64,000 nucleotides of DNA, from the IMG/VR virus record IMGVR_UViG_3300028535_000001. One strand, given 5' to 3'. The position numbers and the translations under genes are program-made. Of the stretch, positions 1 to 10,387 are shown in pieces; positions within the stretch are counted from its first letter, which is position 1, and each line of letters opens with the position of its first letter. Below the pieces are notes generated by a model. That model was not told where the DNA came from and searched no databases. It saw only the letters and a program-made list of their open reading frames with translations. This DNA comes from a virus.

Positions 1-1053
1 TATAATATCGTCTGTAGTATATAAATTACCGTCATTAGTAATTGTTTTTGTTCCTGGTATTCCTGAAATATTTGCTAAAATATAATAATCGTCTGTATCA
101 GTTGCTGTACCTTGTATTTCTTCATCTACTTGAAAAGTACCTATGATAGTATCTTTGTTTATAGTAACTTCAGAAACTTCACTAGCACCAATATGAAATT
201 TAGTAACATGTTCTATTATTGCTGTTGCTTTAGAAGTATTACCTGTAATTTTTCTTCCAACTAAAGATGAAGTATTACCTTGTGTAGCTATTACTCTTAA
301 AACTGTTTTAGTATCCCATTTACCGTCAGATACTTTCATCAAGTTTTCTCTAGGATAAAATGTTTCAGAGCTATCGTTAAATAATATTCTAAAAAATAAT
401 TCGTGACCTTTTTGTGTGCCTTTTAGTTTATATAACGATTTAATATTTTTTATTAAATTTCTTTTGTTTAATCCTGAAGCTAAATTTTCTGGTATAGTTT
501 GAAAGAACTCGTCCCTAAAACTATCTAAAAAATTTGAAATAACTTTATCAGGATCCCTAAAGTTTGTTAATTGTTGAATTGTATTAACTGGATTAGGTCT
601 ATATAAATTAACAACAGCTGACGCATTAGAAATTGTACCAACAACTATTTCACCAATTATAAATTTATCTTGTGATGATATGAATAATCTATTATTATCT
701 AAATCTTCCGTTAATACTGTAGCTGTTGCTTTAGAAGTTTGTCCTGTTATAGTTTCTTTAAATGTAAATTTACCATATGTACTATCTTCTAATATAATTT
801 TATCATCTAAATCTAATTGTGTATGTTCAGCACCAAGTGATCCACCATCTAATACTAAATTGTTAGCAACGCCTGTTTGATTTTCTAAAGTTATTCCGTC
901 TGTAGTTTGAATAGAAGTTACCTGTAATTCGGCAGCCTCCATAAATTGAAAATAAGTTTTTAAGAACTCTACAAATTTTGGGTGATCGTCAACTACGAAA
1001 TCCGGTAGTTGAGTCGGTATTAAGTTGGAAATTTTATTATCAAATTTCGCCAT
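1..1053 (-). CDS. Baseplate wedge protein gp7-like (N-terminal part, runs off window)
   Basis: ATG at 1053: MAKFDNKISNLIPTQLPDFVVDDHPKFVEFLKTYFQFME resembles the N-terminus of gp7 in marine T4-like phages; directly follows gp6. Confidence 0.75.
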   Translation of the reverse strand, partial: MAKFDNKISNLIPTQLPDFVVDDHPKFVEFLKTYFQFMEAAELQVTSIQTTDGITLENQTGVANNLVLDGGSLGAEHTQLDLDDKIILEDSTYGKFTFKETITGQTSKATATVLTEDLDNNRLFISSQDKFIIGEIVVGTISNASAVVNLYRPNPVNTIQQLTNFRDPDKVISNFLDSFRDEFFQTIPENLASGLNKRNLIKNIKSLYKLKGTQKGHELFFRILFNDSSETFYPRENLMKVSDGKWDTKTVLRVIATQGNTSSLVGRKITGNTSKATAIIEHVTKFHIGASEVSEVTINKDTIIGTFQVDEEIQGTATDTDDYYILANISGIPGTKTITNDGNLYTTDDII

Positions 1054-1059
1054 TGTTTA

Positions 1060-2901
1060 TTAATGACTTGTTGTAGTTGTATAGCCTACGCCAGCTTCAG
1101 ATGAACCACCTACAAAAGTATCTTCCTCTACAGTTATGTTTGAATTTGAAACATCTATCTCTACAACTTGGTTTCTAACTGGAACTATATCATTTGATTT
1201 TGGCGTAGCTGTTAATTCAATAACATTAGAAACAACACCTCTAATATTTAATATTGAAGCTACGTTTAATGAATTTAAAGTTACCTGACCTGTTTCATAA
1301 TTAATAGTACCTTGTGTTGAGTTAGCATATGTTTTAACACCACTTACTAGATAATATCTTCTAACATTACCTTTACTATCATCATCTAAAAACATTTCAT
1401 TATTACTACCTGAAACTTTAAATCCTGTTGATGTTAAAACTGATGGATGACTATCATGTGGATCCCATATTGAATTTCTAAAATATATATCATATTTTGT
1501 TGAAGACGATATAGTTGGTGTAAAATTTTTTCTCATTTTAATAGTTGTTATATTTGATAAAATACTTGTATCAACATCATCTATTAAACCTGTTAATTTA
1601 GAAAATCTGAATACACCATCAAATTTTTGTAAAGTAGAACTATTATAATTTGTAATAGCTGTAATTATTTCTGATTTTAATGTATCATCGGATTTACTAG
1701 TACCTTTTTTATCGTACTTAGCAGTAGTAGTTAATAAAATTGATGTTATTTCTGGATCAATAATTTCTGGTCTAACAGCCGCTACATTATAAGGTATTAA
1801 ATCTTTTACAATAGAAGCTTTTGTTGCCTCGGTTAAAGTTGAACCTGAAGCTGCTTTTATAGAAATTTTTACTACACCATAAACTGGTGTTTCATCATCT
1901 TCTCCACCCCATGCACTAACTGATAATGTATTAGGATAAATTGATCTTACTATTGTTTCGTAATCTGTTGCTGTGACAGCTCTATCTTGTGCTGTATATT
2001 GTAGAGGTGCATTAAATCTAATAGACTCTTTTTCTTCTTCGTCTGATCCGCCTTGAGCATTTGATTTAGTAGTTATAGTTACATTTGAAAATGCTCCAAT
2101 ACTGGAACCTAATTCAAATTTACTAGCGCCATTAGCTTCTTCTTGATTTGTAACAATATATTCTAAAATAACTATGTTACCATCTTCTAATTTATTTCCT
2201 ATAACACCATCACCAAAGTAAACTTCAAATTTACCTGTATCTGTTTCTTGTAAGAAGTAAATTTTAGATGTATTATTTAAATTTCTTAAACCTGTAGCTA
2301 ATGTGTAAGTATTTAATGTTGAATCTGATACAGAGTTTTGAATTGTTACTTTTAAAGTAGAAGTATCAGCGTCTATATTTCTTATCATAAATCTTTGATC
2401 TGAATCAGAGCTATCAACTGTATATTTGAAAGTAACTAAAGTACCTTCGTATAATTTAACATTTGAAAACTTATAAACACCGTTTAAAGGTGTGATTGTA
2501 ATATCTTCGTTAGTAAGAAAGTTATATCCTGTTCCATCTACTGTAGTTGTAAACGTTGTTCCTTTATTCATTAATATACTTGAGCCTGAAGCGTTGTTAA
2601 CTAAAATATCAATTTCAGCCATTGGCGCTCTAACAGATGATGGAGTATAACCGATTGCTTTTGCTAATGATACTATATTTTTTCTTATGTCAGCAGAATC
2701 TAAATAAGATTCATTTACAAACATATTGGCATTGAAACCAAGATAGTGTGTATTGTAAGCTAACGTATCTAAAAGAACGGCAAAGCCTGATCCTTCAAAA
2801 TTATAGTCTGAAAATTCTGGTTGATTTTGTAAAAATGTTTTTAAGTTTGCTTTGACGTTATCAAAATCAAAATCTGATACTACGAGTTTATTACTTGCCA
2901 T
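1060..2901 (-). CDS. 6: Baseplate wedge subunit gp6
   Basis: DFDFDNVKANLKTFL..FSDYNFEGSG..LLDTLAYNTHY and QDRAVTATDY motifs; synteny with gp25. Confidence 0.95.
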   Translation of the reverse strand: MASNKLVVSDFDFDNVKANLKTFLQNQPEFSDYNFEGSGFAVLLDTLAYNTHYLGFNANMFVNESYLDSADIRKNIVSLAKAIGYTPSSVRAPMAEIDILVNNASGSSILMNKGTTFTTTVDGTGYNFLTNEDITITPLNGVYKFSNVKLYEGTLVTFKYTVDSSDSDQRFMIRNIDADTSTLKVTIQNSVSDSTLNTYTLATGLRNLNNTSKIYFLQETDTGKFEVYFGDGVIGNKLEDGNIVILEYIVTNQEEANGASKFELGSSIGAFSNVTITTKSNAQGGSDEEEKESIRFNAPLQYTAQDRAVTATDYETIVRSIYPNTLSVSAWGGEDDETPVYGVVKISIKAASGSTLTEATKASIVKDLIPYNVAAVRPEIIDPEITSILLTTTAKYDKKGTSKSDDTLKSEIITAITNYNSSTLQKFDGVFRFSKLTGLIDDVDTSILSNITTIKMRKNFTPTISSSTKYDIYFRNSIWDPHDSHPSVLTSTGFKVSGSNNEMFLDDDSKGNVRRYYLVSGVKTYANSTQGTINYETGQVTLNSLNVASILNIRGVVSNVIELTATPKSNDIVPVRNQVVEIDVSNSNITVEEDTFVGGSSEAGVGYTTTTSH

Positions 2902-3326
2902 TATCTTAATCTTTCTAAAAATGTTTCTATTGTTACCGGCTCTGTTGTACCTATAACATAAAACATTATTGTTAAGTGATAACTATTTCTATCAAGGTCT
3001 GGTCTAGCTAAAATTTGTACTAATTTAATTCTAGGCTCAAAATTATCAAGAACTTCGTTAACCTTTCTTTGTAAATTAAGCGCTGTAAGAGGTGTCATTG
3101 GTTCAAATAACATACTTCTAACATCACTGCCAATTTCTGGATGAAAAGGTCTCTCAAAGTGAGAAGTTTGTATTAAATTTCTAACACTTCGTTTAACAGC
3201 CTCTACATCGGTCAATTTGTTTACATCATTAGTAACAGGATTACGACCAAAATTCAAATCCAAGTCTTTATAGATTCTATTTGCTCTTTTGCTATTGTTT
3301 GTATTGCTACTATCAAAGTTTGGCAT
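2901..3326 (-). CDS. 25: Baseplate wedge subunit gp25
   Basis: YKDLDLNF..AVKRSVRNL..ERPFHPEIGS..FEPRI motifs. Confidence 0.93.
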   Translation of the reverse strand: MPNFDSSNTNNSKRANRIYKDLDLNFGRNPVTNDVNKLTDVEAVKRSVRNLIQTSHFERPFHPEIGSDVRSMLFEPMTPLTALNLQRKVNEVLDNFEPRIKLVQILARPDLDRNSYHLTIMFYVIGTTEPVTIETFLERLR

Positions 3327-3331
3327 GCTTA

Positions 3332-3339
3332 TATTTATA
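3332..3339 (-). promoter_or_regulatory. T4-type late promoter TATAAATA
   Basis: Exact TATAAATA on the minus strand, 5 nt upstream of the gp25 ATG. Confidence 0.8.
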
Positions 3340-3352
3340 CGACAATTGGTAA

Positions 3353-3652
3353 TTAACCGCTAAAAACATTTGATGATCCTGCAGTCATAGCTCCTGCGTC
3401 TGTACTATCGCCAATTCTTGCTACTGCTAAGCTATGTACTCTAACAGTTGAAGAGCCAACGTTAACAACTTTAACATGATTCGGGCAAGGAGGTATTGGA
3501 GGCGCTGGGTGAGGTACAGTTGGATCGGTAACTCTAGCAATTAGAATACTATTTGCTCTACAAGTACCTTGTCCTGGTGTATCAAGTATAGTTGAACCTA
3601 CACAAGCATGTCCTGTACTTAAAGCGTCGCCTTTTCTACTAACTGCTGGCAT
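3353..3652 (-). CDS. PAAR spike-tip protein (gp5.4-like)
   Basis: PAVSRKGD, IARVTD and VARIGD repeats; ends GSSNVFSG; His/Cys metal ligands. Confidence 0.9.
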   Translation of the reverse strand: MPAVSRKGDALSTGHACVGSTILDTPGQGTCRANSILIARVTDPTVPHPAPPIPPCPNHVKVVNVGSSTVRVHSLAVARIGDSTDAGAMTAGSSNVFSG

Positions 3653-3861
3653 TATCTTCCTATTTTGTCTTTTCTACCTAATGGTAATATTTGCCATTTG
3701 GTCATTTCCAGACCTTTTTTACTTACCCATTCAACGTATACCATTTTTTGTTTAACTTGATTTTGAAAAGATTTAACTGCTTTCTTAAATGAAGTTGATT
3801 CTATTATTTTTTCGCCTTTTTCATCATCTATAAATTTAAATTCTCGCATTTTACTCATCAT
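3652..3861 (-). CDS. Hypothetical basic protein
   Basis: ORF translationally coupled to the PAAR gene. Confidence 0.6.
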   Translation of the reverse strand: MMSKMREFKFIDDEKGEKIIESTSFKKAVKSFQNQVKQKMVYVEWVSKKGLEMTKWQILPLGRKDKIGR

Positions 3862-4139
3862 TTTCCTCTATTTCTATATTTTCTTCAATTCTATTATATT
3901 GACAAACGACAATTTCGTAAATTCTGCCATTTTCGTCTATTTCCGTTCTTTTTAGAACATCTTCGTGAGATTTATTTCCACAATTCATACAATAAATCAT
4001 AATATTATTTAGGTTTAAAAATTACAGCGAATATGAGTATAAAGATCATTTCCGGATAAATTTTTTGCATATTTTTTTACTGATTCTGTATCAAAATCAA
4101 AAAATCTGCAATTTTCAACATTTTTTGAGCAAGAAACTA

Positions 4140-4154
4140 GAACAAAAAGCGAAC
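4140..4154. promoter_or_regulatory. Alphaproteobacterial LexA-type box GAAC-N7-GAAC
   Basis: GAACaaaaagcGAAC upstream of the 4211 promoter. Confidence 0.6.
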
Positions 4155-4210
4155 AGGCTAAAAAAAGCGCCATTTTACGTATATTTTTTGTATTTTTGAG
4201 CATTTTTTTG

Positions 4211-4239
4211 TTGACTTTTCTATATTTATCTGGTATAGT
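4211..4239 (+). promoter_or_regulatory. Sigma70-type early promoter
   Basis: TTGACT-17nt-TATAGT with extended TG. Confidence 0.8.
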
Positions 4240-4273
4240 GGACCAATAAATGAAAATAATAAAGGAAAACACT

Positions 4274-4459
4274 ATGAATACTTTTTTTAGTATTACAACT
4301 ATACTTTCTGCTATAATGGCAGTTGGTTTCATTGAAGATTGTGGTGGTCATTGTTTAGGAAACGATAACTGGCCAATGTTCTTTGTAATGTTTGGAATTA
4401 TGTTAATTTCAGGCATATTAACATTATACACTATGGAGGGAAATAATGACAATTGTTAA
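4274..4459 (+). CDS. Small two-TM membrane protein
   Basis: SD AAGGA then ATG at 4274; two hydrophobic helices around a CGGHC loop. Confidence 0.65.
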   Translation: MNTFFSITTILSAIMAVGFIEDCGGHCLGNDNWPMFFVMFGIMLISGILTLYTMEGNNDNC

Positions 4460-4829
4460 TTTAAAAGCAACTTCTTTAGATGAAGGAGTTAAAAATATGA
4501 TGAATGGTGCCAAGGCAGATTATGTTTCTTGGACTACCGACAAAAATGGTAACGTTTCTGACTACTCAAAAGAAGAAATCGCAAATTGGGATAATAAAAC
4601 AACAGTAAAAAAAGGTCAAAAGTACATTAAGATCGTACATGACAGAGGTGTTTTTGCATTTATCGTAATAAATGATTTTAAACACTTTAAAAAAGGCGAT
4701 ATATTAAAAGCGGCTGGTTATAATGCACCTGCTTTAAATTCTCCTAGAGGAAATGTACTAAATGGCAATTACCATATCAAATGGACTGGTCCTTTGTATA
4801 TGGATTCACAAAGAAGATTAAGAGGATAA
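4446..4829 (+). CDS. Hypothetical early phage protein
   Basis: GGAGG SD; GQKYIKI..GDILKAAGYNAPA motif typical of marine phage hypotheticals. Confidence 0.7.
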   Translation: MTIVNLKATSLDEGVKNMMNGAKADYVSWTTDKNGNVSDYSKEEIANWDNKTTVKKGQKYIKIVHDRGVFAFIVINDFKHFKKGDILKAAGYNAPALNSPRGNVLNGNYHIKWTGPLYMDSQRRLRG

Positions 4830-4830
4830 T

Positions 4831-5124
4831 ATGAATAGACGTGATAGAGTTTTTAGAAATATAGTAAACCCATTATTACTTAAACATATGTTAGACCCAT
4901 TTAAATATCAAGGGTCTTGTATAGCTGCTGGTATACCAATTAAGTATTTAAAATACTTTAAAGAAATTACTAGAGCTAAAAACGCCAAGAAAGTTAGATA
5001 TAGATATAGAGGTTGTTCAAAACCAAATTACAAAAGACCTCAATCTTTTTGTCATATTTTTGGTGCTGATACATTTAGTTTATATTATAGAAATCCAAAC
5101 AATAACTATTTTAGATATAATTAA
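4831..5124 (+). CDS. Hypothetical basic protein
   Basis: Third gene of the plus-strand cassette, AGGA SD. Confidence 0.6.
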   Translation: MNRRDRVFRNIVNPLLLKHMLDPFKYQGSCIAAGIPIKYLKYFKEITRAKNAKKVRYRYRGCSKPNYKRPQSFCHIFGADTFSLYYRNPNNNYFRYN

Positions 5125-5531
5125 CTATCTATAATACGTTTTCTTAAATCGGTGGTGGAGAACCTATGTTCTCTTTTATTGTAAACAATCTTTATGTGTT
5201 TCTTAACACATATCTCTTTACCAGTAAAATTCTTACCTTGATATTCTTCACCTATAATTCTAACTGATATATTATACATTTGGAATATATCTTCTAAATC
5301 TTTTTCTGTTTCGTATGGTATAACTTCATCTACATATTTTATAGCATTAAGTTGTATACTTCTCTCTACCAATGTTTGTATTGGTTTTTTCTTTTCTTTT
5401 GGTCTATCTATAGTTGGATCAGTTTGTAATCCAACAATCAAGTAATCGCATTCTTCTTTAGCGTCTTTTAACATCTGTACATGACCAGCATGTAACAAAT
5501 CAAAAGCACTACACGTAAATCCTACTTTCAT
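5121..5531 (-). CDS. tagD: Glycerol-3-phosphate cytidylyltransferase (TagD-like)
   Basis: FDLLHAGH (HxGH) motif and C-terminal FSTTDLR. Confidence 0.85.
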   Translation of the reverse strand: MKVGFTCSAFDLLHAGHVQMLKDAKEECDYLIVGLQTDPTIDRPKEKKKPIQTLVERSIQLNAIKYVDEVIPYETEKDLEDIFQMYNISVRIIGEEYQGKNFTGKEICVKKHIKIVYNKREHRFSTTDLRKRIIDS

Positions 5532-6490
5532 ATTTTATCCTTTTCTTGCACTCTTTGACTATTAAATCCGTACAACTTTATATAGTTTGCAAGCCATTCA
5601 TGTCCTTTTTTATTTGGGTGTGTATTAGCTTTACTAATAACATAATCATAATTAACTAAATCTTTTGGAGCTATTTTATATAATGTTCTTCCATCGTCCT
5701 CCACATTTAATAACTTCATATCTGTATCTTTGTCGTGTACTCTTTCCTCGGATACGGAGTTCTTCTGCCGTTCTTCATAAGTACTATTAGCAGGATTAAA
5801 GGTAGAATTAGGTATATTATTGGCTAATCTATTTTCCACTCCCCAATTTTTATGTATTTGTACATCACCAAGAACAAAACCACCACATTCGTCAATGATA
5901 GGCCAACCAATAAAGTTTTTCATTTTATGGAAGTATGGTGATGTTTTAATTACATCACAACAACTATTATATATCTTTCTAAATGGTATACCATTATCTT
6001 TATATTCTACTTCATATAGATGATCTATAAATAAAGAAATCATTTGAAAATGTCTATATGGTATTCTATTATTTTCCATTAATGTTTGAAAGGCATACAT
6101 GTATCTTAATGAATCTAATATCCAAAAATGTACATGACCGTATAAATTAGGTTTACTATCATCCCAATTTAAAGAAATTTTTTGCCAATTTGCTCTTTGA
6201 CTTTTTGACCAGGCTGCAATACATAAACCAATTTCTTTTGGATCATGTGACACCACGTAATCTTGTATTGTTGAGAATATTCCTTGTTGACCAAAACCAC
6301 ACTTTGCTAAACAAACTAATTCCATATCTAATTTTTTTGCTAGTAGTTGTGCCCAATTAGGAAAATTCTTTATAGTAATTATATCACCATCATACCTTTG
6401 CCCTGGTACAACACCTTTTGGTGAATTTATTAAATTAACATATTCAATATCTGACCAACTACAACCACCAATTACTAATTTCTTTTTCAT
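5528..6490 (-). CDS. SGNH/GDSL-like hydrolase-fold protein
   Basis: N-terminal GGCSWS and C-terminal THPNKKGH; paralog of 45977-46750. Confidence 0.5.
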   Translation of the reverse strand: MKKKLVIGGCSWSDIEYVNLINSPKGVVPGQRYDGDIITIKNFPNWAQLLAKKLDMELVCLAKCGFGQQGIFSTIQDYVVSHDPKEIGLCIAAWSKSQRANWQKISLNWDDSKPNLYGHVHFWILDSLRYMYAFQTLMENNRIPYRHFQMISLFIDHLYEVEYKDNGIPFRKIYNSCCDVIKTSPYFHKMKNFIGWPIIDECGGFVLGDVQIHKNWGVENRLANNIPNSTFNPANSTYEERQKNSVSEERVHDKDTDMKLLNVEDDGRTLYKIAPKDLVNYDYVISKANTHPNKKGHEWLANYIKLYGFNSQRVQEKDKI

Positions 6491-6501
6491 TTTACCTTTT
6501 A

Positions 6502-7935
6502 CTATCCAACTGATCCTTCCATACTAACTTCTAATAGTTTATGTGCCTCTACTGCAAATTCCATAGGTAGTTTTTGAAATACATCTTTGCAAAAACCTGA
6601 TATAAGCAAGTTTCTAGCGTCTTCATCTTTTAGTCCACGTTGTCTTACATAAAATAGTTGTTCTTCATCTAGTTTAGATGTAGTTGCTTCGTGATTACAA
6701 TGGCTTGTTGAATTTTTATTTTCAATATATGGTACTGTATGAGCAGAACAATGGCTACCTAGTATTAATGAATCGCATTGTGTAAAGTTTTTTGAACTAC
6801 TTGCATTTTTCAAAATCTTTACTAAACCTCTGTACGTATTTGATGAATGTCCTGCAGATATTCCTTTTGATATAATTATACTTTTAGTATTTTTACCCAT
6901 GTGAATCATTTTAGTACCTGTGTCAGCCTGTTGTTTTCCATTTGTTAATGCAACTGAATAAAATTCTCCTACTGAATTATCACCCATTAATAAACAAGAT
7001 GGATACTTCCAAGTTATAGCAGAACCAGTTTCAAATTGTGTCCAAGAGATTTTTGAATTACGTCCTTTGCACTTGCCACGTTTAGTAACAAAATTGTATA
7101 TACCGCCTTTACCTGTAATAGGATCTCCTGGGTACCAGTTTTGTATTGTTGAATATTTTATTTCTGCGTCATCTAGTGCTACAAGTTCTACGTTAGCAGC
7201 GTGTAGTTGATTCTCATCCCTCATTGGTGCTGTACAACCTTCAAGGTAACTTACATAACTGCCTTTGTCTGCTATAATTAAAGTTCTTTCAAACTGTCCT
7301 GTGTTAGCCGCATTGATTCTAAAATATGTACTTAACTCCATTGGACATCTTATTCCTGGTGGCACATATACAAATGAACCATCTGTAAATACAGCAGAAT
7401 TTAAAGCGGCAAATGAATGATCACTTATAGGTATAACTGATCCTAAATATTTTTTTACAAGATCAGGATGTTCTTGTACTGCGTCTGAAAATGAACAAAA
7501 TATAATTCCTTTTTTTGATAATTCTTCTTTAAATGTAGTAGCAACGGATACAGAATCAAATACAGCGTCAACGGCCACTCCTGCTAGTTTGGCTCTTTCA
7601 GTTAATGGTATTCCTAATCTTTCAAAATCTTTTTTAATTTCTGGATCAACATCATCATATGATTTAGGACCTACTTTTGGTGCTGAGTAGTATGATATTG
7701 CTTGATAGTCTATAGGCTTAATATTAAGATTTGCCCAATCGGGTTGTTTTAAAATTTTCCATCTACGGTATGCTTTTAATCTAAATTCAAGTAACCATTT
7801 AGGTTCTTTTTTAATTTTTGAAATTTGTTTTATTGTGTTTTCGTTAAGGCCTGGTGGTAATGTTACTGATTCAACGTTTGTTGTAAACCCAGCATCATAT
7901 TTTTTGTTAATTTTTTCTTGTAGTATGTTATCCAT
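6502..7935 (-). CDS. sufB: Fe-S cluster assembly scaffold SufB
   Basis: [65 protein letters not shown] motifs. Confidence 0.97.
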   Translation of the reverse strand: MDNILQEKINKKYDAGFTTNVESVTLPPGLNENTIKQISKIKKEPKWLLEFRLKAYRRWKILKQPDWANLNIKPIDYQAISYYSAPKVGPKSYDDVDPEIKKDFERLGIPLTERAKLAGVAVDAVFDSVSVATTFKEELSKKGIIFCSFSDAVQEHPDLVKKYLGSVIPISDHSFAALNSAVFTDGSFVYVPPGIRCPMELSTYFRINAANTGQFERTLIIADKGSYVSYLEGCTAPMRDENQLHAANVELVALDDAEIKYSTIQNWYPGDPITGKGGIYNFVTKRGKCKGRNSKISWTQFETGSAITWKYPSCLLMGDNSVGEFYSVALTNGKQQADTGTKMIHMGKNTKSIIISKGISAGHSSNTYRGLVKILKNASSSKNFTQCDSLILGSHCSAHTVPYIENKNSTSHCNHEATTSKLDEEQLFYVRQRGLKDEDARNLLISGFCKDVFQKLPMEFAVEAHKLLEVSMEGSVG

Positions 7936-7937
7936 TT

Positions 7938-8402
7938 CTAATCCTTTATCATCTTACGAAATGGAATCATTGTTGAAGGATTAAAGTTATGTCGTTTATA
8001 AAATGTTTGTGCTTGTACATTTGTTTTATCTGTAAGTAAAGTAATTCGTTTACATCCTTTTTTAGTTCCATATTCTATAGCATAATCTAATAACTTTGAA
8101 CCAACACCTGAATCTCTATAATCAGGAGACACAATCATATCTTCAAGTATAGCAACTCGTTCACCTAATGCTGTTGATACTGTATATAAAAGTAAAACCA
8201 TTCCAATTATATCTTCATCTTTTTTTGCAACAAAAATATTACCAATATTGTTATTGTTGAGTATCATTTCTAAACCACGACTTTGTGTTTTATAATTAGG
8301 TTTAAACTCAACTTCTTTTTCAAATAGATAGTTAAGAAGAATACATAACTCTGGAATATCTTTAGTGGTTGCTATCTGTATCATTTTCAACTTTTTCATC
8401 AA
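7938..8402 (-). CDS. GNAT N-acetyltransferase
   Basis: [15 protein letters not shown] acetyl-CoA motif; [10 protein letters not shown]. Confidence 0.85.
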   Translation of the reverse strand: MMKKLKMIQIATTKDIPELCILLNYLFEKEVEFKPNYKTQSRGLEMILNNNNIGNIFVAKKDEDIIGMVLLLYTVSTALGERVAILEDMIVSPDYRDSGVGSKLLDYAIEYGTKKGCKRITLLTDKTNVQAQTFYKRHNFNPSTMIPFRKMIKD

Positions 8403-8514
8403 TATCTTTTTTCTTTTTCTTCCAAGGTTTAAGGTCTAACAAGACATAAAATATAACTCCACCACATAGACAGATAAACAAAAAACCTAATATTACTTTT
8501 AATATTGTTATCAT
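8362..8514 (-). CDS. Small single-TM protein (50 aa, not in ORF track)
   Basis: MITILKVILGFLFICLCGGVIFYVLLDLKPWKKRKK; ATGA overlap with upstream gene. Confidence 0.5.
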   Translation of the reverse strand: MITILKVILGFLFICLCGGVIFYVLLDLKPWKKKKKDIDEKVENDTDSNH

Positions 8515-8864
8515 TTTTTAAACATTTCATCTAATCTACTATAGAAACTTTCTTTACTAGAATAGCCTACTAATCTTGCAACTTCTTTTCTACCATTCCA
8601 TATAATAAAAGTTGGTGTTCCTCTAATACCTTTAATTCTATTTTCGTTCATTGCCATTATAAACCAAAAAGGTTCTTCATTATGTTCTATAATAGTAAGT
8701 GGTAATTCTTTATTTTTAGAACCATATGAATAGCTAAAGTCTTCGGCGACTTGTTTAATAAATGCTTGACAAATATGACAATGCTTGTTTGAATACATTA
8801 ACAAGTCTAATGCTTGTATTGTTGTAGCATAAAACATTGCTAAAAGAAATATTAATATTTTCAT
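8511..8864 (-). CDS. Exported thioredoxin-like protein (SoxS/SoxW-like)
   Basis: Signal peptide, CHIC CxxC, GTPTFII cis-Pro motif. Confidence 0.75.
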   Translation of the reverse strand: MKILIFLLAMFYATTIQALDLLMYSNKHCHICQAFIKQVAEDFSYSYGSKNKELPLTIIEHNEEPFWFIMAMNENRIKGIRGTPTFIIWNGRKEVARLVGYSSKESFYSRLDEMFKK

Positions 8865-9319
8865 TATTTTTTCTCCACATGTGTTGCTTCACCTTTTTCA
8901 GTATCTATCCATTCTACCACTTGTGTATATTTTTTTGACTTAGCACATGTAGTCCTACATGCATTTGGTCCTATATTATTTGATAAGTCTTCTGCAAATT
9001 GTTTCCATTGTTTTGATTTTAATATATCTTCTATTTTATTGTTATCATCTATAACACTTGCTTTCAACATATCTTGCATTAATGGGTCGTTCATTGTATT
9101 TGGATCGTCAATTCTACAACAAGGTAGTAATACACCTTGATTAGAAACTGCTAAAGCAATTGCGTCTTTAAAACATAAAGGGTCTAACTCAATATCTCCT
9201 TTTGCTCTTAATGGTGATTTAGCTCCTAAAGAGTTATTGATTCTTCTAATATCAGCAGACCTATTAATTCCTCCAATTCTTTTTTTAATCATCTCCGTTT
9301 TTCCTATCAAAACAACCAC
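8864..9319 (-). CDS. SPASM/twitch-like Fe-S domain protein
   Basis: C..GVLLPCC..CRTTC; probable true start at 9292 after GGAG. Confidence 0.65.
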   Translation of the reverse strand: MVVLIGKTEMIKKRIGGINRSADIRRINNSLGAKSPLRAKGDIELDPLCFKDAIALAVSNQGVLLPCCRIDDPNTMNDPLMQDMLKASVIDDNNKIEDILKSKQWKQFAEDLSNNIGPNACRTTCAKSKKYTQVVEWIDTEKGEATHVEKK

Positions 9320-10037
9320 CCCTTACACACTCCTCAATGGATTGATGTTCGCTATGGTCATTTAATGTACTTTTTGTTTTAGGCTTTAACCAATCATCAT
9401 CATCTGTCCATCTTGCACTATTAATTATTATAAAATTAACATCATTATCTTTGGCCATTTTCATTGCTTGCCCAATACTCCTTTCATTATAACTGAATAT
9501 AATATATTGCCATAATGGTTTTGTGGAAAGATACTTTTTACTTTCTAACATAATCTTAAATAGTTTTTCGCCATCTTGATTTTTTCTATATATTCTACTA
9601 TCTTCAGGCATGCCATCTATACCAAATATCCAATTTGCTTTAGGGTTTGCTTGAAAGGCATTGATATAATGTTGCATAGGTTTTAAAGATGAAGCTACAT
9701 GTACTTCAACTTTAGTACCACGTTCTTTTGTGATTTTTAATAATTCGTTTATTTTTGGGTGATGTATTGGGTCTGAATATTGACCACAAAAAGATATTCT
9801 TGTAAACCAATCCAATAATTTATTAAATTCAGGTATTGTTAAATCTCTGCCTGGTACTTTAAGGCCTTTGTATAAGTAACTTCTTTGACGACCACAACGT
9901 AAACATTCTAATGGACACCTATGAGATAGATCAATGTTTAAACGTTTATGTCTTCTATCAAAAAAGGAATTTTCCTTTATTTTGATACCGTGTTCTTTAA
10001 AACACATGTCTATCTTTTCTCTATTCGTTTCAATCAT
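9285..10037 (-). CDS. Radical SAM protein
   Basis: CPLECLRC (CxxxCxxC); FCGQYSDP; FGIDG. Confidence 0.88.
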   Translation of the reverse strand: MIETNREKIDMCFKEHGIKIKENSFFDRRHKRLNIDLSHRCPLECLRCGRQRSYLYKGLKVPGRDLTIPEFNKLLDWFTRISFCGQYSDPIHHPKINELLKITKERGTKVEVHVASSLKPMQHYINAFQANPKANWIFGIDGMPEDSRIYRKNQDGEKLFKIMLESKKYLSTKPLWQYIIFSYNERSIGQAMKMAKDNDVNFIIINSARWTDDDDWLKPKTKSTLNDHSEHQSIEECVRGGCFDRKNGDD

Positions 10038-10054
10038 AATATAAAACTATTTAG

Positions 10055-10378
10055 TTAAATACTAAAAGATGTTCCACAACCACATGATGATTTAGTATTA
10101 GGGTTTTTGAATTGGAAAGAACTACCAAAGATTTCTTCTTTGTAATCCAACTCCATACCTGCGACATATATTTCAAATAGATTATCTATTACTACTAGAT
10201 TGTCAACTATAATATCATCTTTAGTTGGTGTCTTTTCAAATTCGTTTGGTATAAATGACCATTCGTATTCGTGACCTGCACAGCCACCACCTTTTACTTC
10301 TAGTCTAACATAATCTACTTTATGTTTTTCTTTTAAAATATTTAAATGTGCTTTCGCACCTTCCGTTAATGTAATCAT
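10055..10378 (-). CDS. A-type Fe-S carrier (IscA/SufA/HesB family)
   Basis: GGGCAG and NPNTKSSCGCGTSF motifs. Confidence 0.95.
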   Translation of the reverse strand: MITLTEGAKAHLNILKEKHKVDYVRLEVKGGGCAGHEYEWSFIPNEFEKTPTKDDIIVDNLVVIDNLFEIYVAGMELDYKEEIFGSSFQFKNPNTKSSCGCGTSFSI

Positions 10379-10387
10379 AATTTTCCT

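Noticed and set aside
4015-4332. Minus-strand 105-aa ORF
   Set aside because: It overlaps the plus-strand promoter, LexA-type box and first gene. Only its distal lipobox-like part might be real, and support is insufficient.
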